Origin: Candidatus Saccharimonadota bacterium
Lineage (GTDB): Bacteria > Patescibacteriota > Gracilibacteria > UBA4473
Length of the DNA stretch: 32,000 nt
Reading direction: 5' to 3'
Assembly (NCBI GenBank): GCA_963677105.1
Contig: OY781871.1
Location: 450,001-482,000, forward strand
In this document: piece after piece, positions 25,146 through 32,000 of the stretch
Position numbering within the stretch: position 1 is the stretch's first letter
How the letters are laid out: each line of letters begins with the position of its first letter
Notes under the pieces: model-generated
The model's input: only the letters and a program-made list of their open reading frames with translations
Databases searched by the model: none
Told to the model about the DNA's origin: nothing
Program-made: the position numbers and the translations under genes

Positions 25146-25820
25146 CTAGTTTTTTCCAATAGGTGGATAGTTATATTTCGATTGAATTTCTGCATTCCAG
25201 GAACTCAATTGCTCCATAGAGTGCGGAAACTCTATTCCGTTCATGTCAGAAAAAAGCCCAAAGATTTTCTCTGTGAACCGATCCCTCTCTATTTCAAGAA
25301 AGATTGTCAAAGAACCTCCGTTCTGTGAAAAAATAGTTACTCCTCTCTGGATACCCTTCTTTCGTAGAACTTCGACAAAACCTTCTATCCCCGCAGCTTC
25401 TTTCAGAATAACTGGAAAATAGACGATTTCCGGATTCAGGTCTGGGAACTCGGGACTGTTGCGCATGTATGAATACATATGCGCCCAATCTCCAAAACAA
25501 ATAGGAGCATATATCCCTTCTTTCTTTTCTAAAAAGTTCTGTACTTTTTGATAACGAGACAGGATATTTCCCTCATCTTTCTTTAGACAAGAAACCCAAA
25601 CAATGGGGACTCTTCTCCCAGACAATTCTTGAGCAATTCGATTTTTCTCTGGAAACTCTTCTCCAAAAAGATCCTTCCAGAAAGAGGTTCCTCTGTCTTT
25701 GTAACACAATCCTAATTCAAAGGATTTTTCTAGTTCTTTTGTCACTTCCGTTAACATCTCAAGAGATGCCTCTGGACTGATTACAAATGGAAAGAATTCT
25801 TTCCCTTTTCTTGTTTGCAT
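25146..25820 (-). CDS. Hypothetical protein (224 aa), no recognisable family
   Basis: ATG preceded by GGAGTGAGTA (a canonical SD with canonical spacing), with its own promoter and terminator. No P-loop or metal motif was recognised. Confidence 0.6.
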   Translation of the reverse strand: MQTRKGKEFFPFVISPEASLEMLTEVTKELEKSFELGLCYKDRGTSFWKDLFGEEFPEKNRIAQELSGRRVPIVWVSCLKKDEGNILSRYQKVQNFLEKKEGIYAPICFGDWAHMYSYMRNSPEFPDLNPEIVYFPVILKEAAGIEGFVEVLRKKGIQRGVTIFSQNGGSLTIFLEIERDRFTEKIFGLFSDMNGIEFPHSMEQLSSWNAEIQSKYNYPPIGKN

Positions 25821-25971
25821 TACTCACTCCTTTTTTTTATTCTACCCAGCATTAGGCAGGAATCTTCTCGCCAAGACAAAAAGGTCTCTACCTAATAACC
25901 TATTGAAATGAAAAAGATCTCTTACCAACTGTGGATTCAAATATTGTATCTGCTCCAAGTTGGACAAGGGT

Positions 25972-25999
25972 CTTATACTCTTTTTTTGTAAAATGTCAA
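25972..25999 (-). promoter_or_regulatory. Candidate promoter of the 224-aa gene
   Basis: Minus strand reads TTGACA (25999-25994), 16-nt spacer, TATAAG (25977-25972). This implies a 5' UTR of about 145 nt. Confidence 0.45.
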
Positions 26000-26014
26000 C
26001 CTGTATCAGAAACT

Positions 26015-26042
26015 TTGGCAAAAGAATTTCACAGAGTATACT
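26015..26042 (+). promoter_or_regulatory. Promoter giving a leaderless or near-leaderless rmuC mRNA
   Basis: TTGGCA (26015-26020), 16-nt spacer, TATACT (26037-26042), 7 nt (ccctaag), then ATG at 26050. Confidence 0.5.
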
Positions 26043-26049
26043 CCCTAAG

Positions 26050-27102
26050 ATGGACACAACAATGTATATACTCGGTGGGCTTATTTTAGTGGCAGTGATT
26101 ACGCTCATTGTACTTCAACTCCGATCACAAGCGACTGAAAATCCTCAGGTTTTGGAAGAATTGAAGCGAGATCGCGAAACACGGTTCCGAGAAGCAGAAG
26201 CATTGAAAAATGAACTTCGTTCAACACGAGAAGATTTACAAAAACAATTTCACCGAGTCAATCAAACGGTTGACACAAAGCTTTCTGAAAATTCAAAACA
26301 GCTCAATAATCGACTCGATAAAAGTTCTCTTGTAATTGGAAATCTTCAAAAAGAACTGGGGAAGATGGGGGAAATCGGAGCAAAGATTGAAAATCTTGAT
26401 AAAATTCTTCGTGCCCCAAAAGGACGTGGTTCCCTTGGAGAACAAACTCTGGAAGAACTTCTCAGTACAACTTTTCCTGTAAATATGTGGGGACGACAAG
26501 TAGCTATTGGACGAGTTGGCGTTGTGGATGCTGTTGTAAAAACTTCGAACGGAATGATTCCGATTGATGCAAAATTTCCACTCCCTGCCTTCGAAGCATT
26601 AGTAAATGCAGAAAATGATAAAGACCGTGACGAAGCACAACGCGAGTTTCAAAAAAATGTAAAATCTCGAATTAATGAAGTAGCAAAATATATTCAGCCG
26701 AGTGAGGGGACTTTGGATTTCGCAATTATTTTTCTTCCAAACGAAAATATTTATTACGAGGCAGCTATTCGTTCTGTCGATTTGTCGGAATATGCACGTA
26801 CGAAAAAAGTGCTTATTACTGGACCAAATACAATGTTGTATGTGCTTCAAGTTTTGTTGCAAGCATATCAATCTCAACAATTTGCGTCAAAGGCAAAAGA
26901 AGCTCTTGCACAACTTACTGGCGTAAAAAATCAGGCACAGAAACTCGATGAAGCCATTGCTTTGGTAGAAAAACATCTTGGAAATGCTGGATCCAAGTTG
27001 GGAGATGTAAAAAAGGAAAACGAAAAATTACAAACACAAATTGAAAAAGTGACAGAACTCGAGTCTGGACTTGATGCCGAACAAGCACCTTTATTAAAAT
27101 AA
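26050..27102 (+). CDS. rmuC: DNA recombination protein RmuC
   Basis: N-terminal TM helix, a long coiled coil, then RAPKGRGSLGEQTLEELL...VDAVVK...IPIDAKFPL...FLPNENIYYEA, typical of RmuC. The start is set at ATG 26050 (MDTTMYILGGLIL...). Confidence 0.8.
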   Translation: MDTTMYILGGLILVAVITLIVLQLRSQATENPQVLEELKRDRETRFREAEALKNELRSTREDLQKQFHRVNQTVDTKLSENSKQLNNRLDKSSLVIGNLQKELGKMGEIGAKIENLDKILRAPKGRGSLGEQTLEELLSTTFPVNMWGRQVAIGRVGVVDAVVKTSNGMIPIDAKFPLPAFEALVNAENDKDRDEAQREFQKNVKSRINEVAKYIQPSEGTLDFAIIFLPNENIYYEAAIRSVDLSEYARTKKVLITGPNTMLYVLQVLLQAYQSQQFASKAKEALAQLTGVKNQAQKLDEAIALVEKHLGNAGSKLGDVKKENEKLQTQIEKVTELESGLDAEQAPLLK

Positions 27103-27141
27103 CTAAAGTTTGTACTTTACTCTTTGTTATTTGAAATTTGA

Positions 27142-27936
27142 TCAATTCTCTCTGTGCAATAATCCAAAATCAAAAAACGGATTAAGGTTTTTTTGTCGAT
27201 ACTCAAATTCGATAATTTTTTCTCGCCCAGCGGCTTTCCCAATTGCTCGCACATGTGTTTGTGCTGGTGCCATTTCTCCATTTAATGACTTTACTTTTCC
27301 TGATATATTACCATTACCAAAATTTGTAAGAGAGATAAAACATAAGTCGTCATCTAAAAATGAACTTAAAAAATCTTGAATATTTTTATCAACTGGTAAA
27401 TCCGTTCCATTGTCCCACCCTCCTATTGATATTTCTGTTATTAGATTTCCACTTGCACGAGCCTGTAGCATTTCTGTTGTGTTCACAAGAGAATTATTAC
27501 ATTGGATTTTCCACTGTAAATCGCTCACTGTAGCCGGTGGATCAATATTGATTTCAAAGTCTTTAACTAATTTTTGTACCACAAGCATTTCGTCATTTGT
27601 ATCAAGCCCTAATTGCCAACGAAGTATTGTTTTGGGCGGAAGGGAAAAGGGAAACTCTGTTTTTGAATTTTCTACAAACACTTCTGTAATCGATGCATTC
27701 GGAAGAATTGTTTCGATATTTACGTAATTTATTGGCGATGTCTTCAAGGAAAGCAATGATTGTTCAACTCCTGATTCCGCTGCGAAATAAGCTCTTTCTG
27801 CAAGCAATAAATCTGCTGAAAACTGGAGTTCGTCCGAAACAATCTTGGTCAAAGCAAGTGCAAGAGAAATCAACATTCCTGAGATTATCAGTGTCGGAAG
27901 AAGAATCGTTCCATCGTTTTTCACACGAATATTCAT
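27142..27936 (-). CDS. PilX-like pilus-associated protein (N-terminal hydrophobic helix, no Glu5)
   Basis: LLPTLIISGMLISLALAL followed by AERAYFAAESGVEQSL resembles the PilX N-terminal domain. It is the last gene of the pilus operon, with a 4-nt overlap. Confidence 0.5.
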   Translation of the reverse strand: MNIRVKNDGTILLPTLIISGMLISLALALTKIVSDELQFSADLLLAERAYFAAESGVEQSLLSLKTSPINYVNIETILPNASITEVFVENSKTEFPFSLPPKTILRWQLGLDTNDEMLVVQKLVKDFEINIDPPATVSDLQWKIQCNNSLVNTTEMLQARASGNLITEISIGGWDNGTDLPVDKNIQDFLSSFLDDDLCFISLTNFGNGNISGKVKSLNGEMAPAQTHVRAIGKAAGREKIIEFEYRQKNLNPFFDFGLLHREN

Positions 27937-28424
27937 TGGATAATTCGTGAAGAAATAGTGGTACGAATTGGAATTATGATTTTGGGATCATCTGATCTCT
28001 CGGAAACTTCCATTTCAATTGTTACGCTTGGTTGAAGATGAGATATTTCGGGATTTTGACTAACAGTAAATACTACATCTTGCACCATTAAATTTGAAGA
28101 AAATAAAGGCTCTCCATTCATTTTCAATTCTCCGGGCGTGTCATCAAATTCAAATGTATCTGCACCAATAATCGGTAAAAAATGATGATTAATATCAGGA
28201 TCAAAGTTTAAAAAATGATAATCAACCGATTGTGATCGAATACGATCGGCGACACGAGTCGTTGCAAAATTTATTTCACGCTGAATCTGACGAGTAAGAT
28301 CAAGTTGGTGTTTCATTTTACTGAGCGTCAAGAAACTTCCCATTACTGAAACAAGAATTATTCCGCCCATTGTCATCGCGACAACTAATTCTATCAAACT
28401 GAACCCGTGTTTTCGCGCGTTCAT
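27933..28424 (-). CDS. Type IV pilin-like minor pilin (pseudopilin)
   Basis: Prepilin leader and methylation motif MNARKHG|FSLIELVVAM with Glu at +5. Confidence 0.7.
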   Translation of the reverse strand: MNARKHGFSLIELVVAMTMGGIILVSVMGSFLTLSKMKHQLDLTRQIQREINFATTRVADRIRSQSVDYHFLNFDPDINHHFLPIIGADTFEFDDTPGELKMNGEPLFSSNLMVQDVVFTVSQNPEISHLQPSVTIEMEVSERSDDPKIIIPIRTTISSRIIQ

Positions 28425-28870
28425 AATTGTTTCCAGTTAGTGAGAATTTCGTTCAGAACTAATCGCTCTGTTCCACTTCGTAATGGCCACGAAACTGCAC
28501 ATTTTATCCCAATGGAGCCAGCCACAGAGGCATCCATTTCCATTTTGCGATTAAACTTAGTTGATGTTCCAAGAATTAGAATTAAATTTTCACCGTCTAT
28601 CATATCTTGCACTAAGGGAAAAGCTCCTGAACAATTATTTGTAAATGCACAATCCCACGGAAGATGTTTTCTCCATGCAGAATCACGAGCGTTTCTCGCT
28701 AATTCTAAACATTCTTGTGCTAAATATGTAGCAGTAAGACGATTTTGATTTCGTTCTACAGCCGTTGCCGCAGACCAAATAAGAGAAGTCGCTCCCGCGA
28801 GCACAACAGAAAGAATCACGATCGCAATCACTACTTCTATAAGCGCGAATCCTGAACGTTTAATTCCCAT
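28421..28870 (-). CDS. Type IV pilin-like minor pilin (pseudopilin)
   Basis: MGIKRSG|FALIEVVIAIVIL with Glu at +5. The track's start at 28885 is a TTG; ATG 28870 is preferred. Confidence 0.7.
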   Translation of the reverse strand: MGIKRSGFALIEVVIAIVILSVVLAGATSLIWSAATAVERNQNRLTATYLAQECLELARNARDSAWRKHLPWDCAFTNNCSGAFPLVQDMIDGENLILILGTSTKFNRKMEMDASVAGSIGIKCAVSWPLRSGTERLVLNEILTNWKQL

Positions 28871-29309
28871 TTTGAAATGTTTCAATTAATCCTGAAGCAC
28901 GATGTATCTCCGTTTTTGTTGAATAATTTTTTCCATTCAGTTCAATTTCTGTTGGAGGGAGAATTCCGTCTAAATCAATGTCTCCATAAGGCGGAAGAAA
29001 GGTTATAAAAAAATCTGAATCAAGAGTAACTCCTCTCTCTAGTTCTTGAAAACGAGAATTTCCTCCTTCGTAAACAATTGATAATTTTCGACTATTTTCG
29101 ACTCCTGAAACCGTGACTGTTTCTGGATGAGAACGAGCATAAGAAAAAGCTTGCCCAAGTGTTGTTTCTAGAATTTGCTGAGAATATTTGAGTCGAGAAG
29201 AATCAAAATATTCTGAAAAAATTGGCGCAGATATTGTCGCAAAAAAACCAACCAATGCTATCACAACAATAAGCTCAATGGCCGTGAAACCAGCAGAACG
29301 ATTCTTCAT
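28860..29309 (-). CDS. Type IV pilin-like minor pilin (FimT/GspH-like)
   Basis: MKNRSAG|FTAIELIVVIALVG with Glu at +5. Confidence 0.7.
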   Translation of the reverse strand: MKNRSAGFTAIELIVVIALVGFFATISAPIFSEYFDSSRLKYSQQILETTLGQAFSYARSHPETVTVSGVENSRKLSIVYEGGNSRFQELERGVTLDSDFFITFLPPYGDIDLDGILPPTEIELNGKNYSTKTEIHRASGLIETFQNGN

Positions 29310-30448
29310 CCTGCAAAAAGTGATTGCATTTGAAAAATTGGTGTCATGATCGCCATCGCGAGAAATACAACAGCAATTCCTACAAATATAACAATAATTG
29401 GCTCCACTAATTGTGTGAGATTTCTTAATTGAGAATCCACTTCCGCTTCATATTGATCTCCAATTTGAGTAAATACTTCCGACAGAGATCCTGTTTTTTC
29501 TCCGATTTCTATCATCTCTGCAAGAACTGGATCTAGTATTTCTTGTTCCGCGAACGCCTCATGGAGCAACATTCCATGTATCACATTCCTTTCAATCGAA
29601 AGAATTGCATCTCTTTGGCAAGGAGATCGCAAAATGTCGTACAATACGCGAAGCGATTTCTCCAAAGGAAGTCCTGCTGAAAGCATTGCTCCCACATTAT
29701 GCGCTAAATGAACCGTATTTATATTTCGAATAAGAATTCCTATACGTGGCAAGGAATGAATCCATCGATCCCATGTACGACTTCCATTTTCAGAATGAAT
29801 CCAATTCTGAAAAATAAGCCATGTAGCAACTGCTAGGACAAATACGAGCCACCAATAATTTTGAAAAAAATCTGATGAGCCAATAAGAACCCTCGTTGAT
29901 ATCGGTAATTCTGAACCAAAATCTGCAAACATCGTTTCAAATTTCGGAACGACAAACAGCATTACTACAACAATGGCAAGAACGATTACACAAAATACTA
30001 TTATCGGATACATCAACGCTGATTTTACTCGTTGATTTAGCTCAATATTTTTCTGCACTTGTTCAGCAATATTGTCTAACACTTCTTCTAATTGCCCGGA
30101 AAGCTCTCCCGAATAAATCATACGAACTTCTGCTCTCGGAAACACTTTTGGATGTTTTGCCATTGCCTGTGACAACGTTGATCCATGGTGAATTATATCG
30201 TGTTCGATAGTGTCCAAAACTCTCTGGAGTCGCAGATTCTGTGTCCGCCGAGACAACATTCTAACTGCATTCGTAATGGGAACTCCTGATTTTACCAATA
30301 AACGAAGTGAATTAAAAAACAAAGATCGTTCTTTGTTTGTTATTGCGGAATTATTAACCAAAAAATCATTCACCTTTTCAAACAAGGAGAGACTTGATCG
30401 ATCAGTTACGCCATAAATGACCTGTTCATGATTTATGTGTCTTTTCAT
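29306..30448 (-). CDS. pilC: Type IV pilus platform protein PilC (GspF family)
   Basis: Two GspF-type repeats (LRLLVKSGVPI... and GAMLSAGLPLEKSL...) and three TM segments. It ends ...AIMTPIFQM, typical of PilC/GspF. Confidence 0.85.
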   Translation of the reverse strand: MKRHINHEQVIYGVTDRSSLSLFEKVNDFLVNNSAITNKERSLFFNSLRLLVKSGVPITNAVRMLSRRTQNLRLQRVLDTIEHDIIHHGSTLSQAMAKHPKVFPRAEVRMIYSGELSGQLEEVLDNIAEQVQKNIELNQRVKSALMYPIIVFCVIVLAIVVVMLFVVPKFETMFADFGSELPISTRVLIGSSDFFQNYWWLVFVLAVATWLIFQNWIHSENGSRTWDRWIHSLPRIGILIRNINTVHLAHNVGAMLSAGLPLEKSLRVLYDILRSPCQRDAILSIERNVIHGMLLHEAFAEQEILDPVLAEMIEIGEKTGSLSEVFTQIGDQYEAEVDSQLRNLTQLVEPIIVIFVGIAVVFLAMAIMTPIFQMQSLFAG

Positions 30449-30942
30449 CCCTCAATAAAAAAAGCATAAAGTGAAATATTCATTTCTGTACGAGGAATTG
30501 GCAGCGAGGAATCTGTGATAAAGGAAAGTCCGTTTGTTCCCATAAACCGTGGATTATTTTCTACTTCTTGAAGAAAATTTTGAATTTGTTTACGACGACC
30601 CGATAGTGGAAAACTAATACTGATTTGCTCTGCGTTCACATCCGAATTTTTCCCGATCGAAAAACTCCACGCATCAGGAAGCGTAAAACCCGTTTTTTTT
30701 GCTATACGATTAACATCGTTGATTAGCTCTATTTGTTCAGGTTCTGTAGGAATTATTTTTCCAGTATCTGCAACCGTCTCTACCTTTTCTAGCATCGATA
30801 ATCGCTCAATTTGTGATTGTTTTTGTATAAATAATTGCTTATTTTTAACTTCTCTTTCAATCGCCACCTTCCGAATTGGACCAACTCCAAATCCTGCCAT
30901 TAAAACAAGTGCCACCGTAAGAATAATGTTACTTGTCTTCAT
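30445..30942 (-). CDS. PilO-like pilus assembly protein
   Basis: N-terminal TM helix, coiled coil and a ferredoxin-like C-terminus (ISISFPLSGRRKQIQNFLQEVENNPRF). The position between the pilN-like gene and pilC also fits. Confidence 0.5.
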   Translation of the reverse strand: MKTSNIILTVALVLMAGFGVGPIRKVAIEREVKNKQLFIQKQSQIERLSMLEKVETVADTGKIIPTEPEQIELINDVNRIAKKTGFTLPDAWSFSIGKNSDVNAEQISISFPLSGRRKQIQNFLQEVENNPRFMGTNGLSFITDSSLPIPRTEMNISLYAFFIEG

Positions 30943-31468
30943 TATGGTTTGGGAAAAAATTAAATGTCAATTCTGCCGATTGCTTTGCTCCTGCTACTGG
31001 CGGAGAAAGTATTGAAGTACTAGCAATTCGAATATTACTCACTCGAGAATCTTTTTTTAACGAATCAATAAATACCGATAAACTCTTCCAGGAAGTCGCT
31101 TGGCAAGAAACCGACATCTTCCCTTCCGAAAAATTTACTCTTGAAAAACGCACCGCAGAAGACTCTAAATCTACAATCTGCTCCATAATATTCGACCAAT
31201 TTGTTCTAAATTTTTCTGCATTCCTTGCTACTTCTTTTTGTCTTTTAACCAATGACTCTGTTCCTGGTGCAAGAGCTTGAAGACGTTTTTGTGTGTTTTC
31301 AATAGAAACTTCAAACCTTTGATTTTCCTTCTCTAATCTCCATGATTTCAATCCATAAAATCCCATTACTACAACAACTATTGCCGCAGCGAAACTCCAG
31401 ACGATCCAAAATCGTCGATTAGACTCGTGTTTTTTTTGTATTTGTTCTTGCTCCATGGCACTTTTCAT
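30929..31468 (-). CDS. PilN-like bitopic pilus assembly protein (no INLLP motif)
   Basis: Short cytoplasmic N-terminus, TM helix (FWIVWSFAAAIVVVVMGFYGL), coiled coil, and a C-terminal domain like PilN. The track's start at 31495 is a TTG; ATG 31468 or 31456 is more likely. Confidence 0.45.
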   Translation of the reverse strand: MKSAMEQEQIQKKHESNRRFWIVWSFAAAIVVVVMGFYGLKSWRLEKENQRFEVSIENTQKRLQALAPGTESLVKRQKEVARNAEKFRTNWSNIMEQIVDLESSAVRFSRVNFSEGKMSVSCQATSWKSLSVFIDSLKKDSRVSNIRIASTSILSPPVAGAKQSAELTFNFFPNHNEDK

Positions 31469-31514
31469 TGTACGGTCGGCAAGACAATTTCTCAACTTTT
31501 TTTACCCTAAAATA

Positions 31515-32000
31515 ATGCAACTTTGGAGCGCTGATAATGCGGCACTGATAATAACTCGGGCAATTTTATGTCGAGAACCAAAAATTTCTCTACAAATCTT
31601 TCTCGGTGGAGCTTGTCCCAAAGATGCTGTTTCTGTTCCTGATATATGGGAAATAGCTATCGACAGTTTAAAATTGAAATATAAAAGACTTGGAGTTGCT
31701 TTCGATCAAGCAAATCATGAGGAGAATGAGTTTTTACAAAATGCTTGCAATTTTTCGCTTCCTATCAAATACGAACTCCTTTCTGATTTCGCAAATCGTC
31801 AATTAGCGGACACCGTTGAATTTCGCAGACTTGCAAGAAAATATCTTCGACCCGCAAAACACGCACACTGTGATGCTGTTCTGTTTTTATCTGGAACATT
31901 GGCTGAAGAATCGTCTCGCAAAATACTTGCAAAAACGCTTGGAACACAGATAAAATCATTTTTATTGACCGACTTTTTACCGAAAAGTTGGCTTGTCGCA
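31515..32000 (+). CDS. Hypothetical protein, 3'-partial (runs off the window; not in the supplied ORF track)
   Basis: My own translation from ATG 31515 gives 162 codons with no stop to nt 32000 (MQLWSADNAALIITRAILCREPK...HCDAVLFLSGTLAEE...). No family recognised. Confidence 0.4.
   Translation, partial: MQLWSADNAALIITRAILCREPKISLQIFLGGACPKDAVSVPDIWEIAIDSLKLKYKRLGVAFDQANHEENEFLQNACNFSLPIKYELLSDFANRQLADTVEFRRLARKYLRPAKHAHCDAVLFLSGTLAEESSRKILAKTLGTQIKSFLLTDFLPKSWLVA

Noticed and set aside
1-32000. Alternative genetic code (UGA recoded, as in some candidate phyla)
   Set aside because: EF-Tu, LysRS, PurH, RRF, PepA and PilC are all full length and uninterrupted under the standard code, with normal termini. 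Nothing needs recoding.

Overview
AT-rich, gene-dense bacterial chromosomal segment that reads cleanly under the standard genetic code; all conserved genes are intact with UGA as stop. Content: housekeeping genes (partial ileS, pepA, fur-family regulator, monocistronic tuf, murE-frr-ftsQ, lysS, purH, ndk-like, rmuC, tRNA-Lys-CTT, tRNA-Tyr-GTA); a cell-surface/envelope block at about 2.3-12 kb; a two-gene type IV secretion remnant beside tRNA-Tyr; two orphan genes between ndk and rmuC; and a seven-gene overlapping type IV pilus operon. The gene content and near absence of Shine-Dalgarno sites suggest a small-genome uncultivated bacterium (CPR/Patescibacteria-like), but that is inference only. 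Most notable: (1) a complete histidine-phosphatase (PGAM-like) domain inserted in frame inside isoleucyl-tRNA synthetase; (2) a 1280-aa surface protein with two ectodomains joined by a transmembrane hairpin and a duplicated Cys-rich plus plant-type LRR module carrying near-identical DNA repeats; (3) a PrgI/VirB3-like gene plus a VirB4 N-terminal-domain-only gene ending next to tRNA-Tyr; (4) two unclassifiable orphan genes with their own promoters and terminators, one carrying the only canonical SD found at the starts inspected; (5) apparently leaderless transcripts, with -10 boxes 5-7 nt from the ATG. No CRISPR array, rRNA, transposase or integrase was seen. All domain calls come from motif recognition by eye, not database searches.
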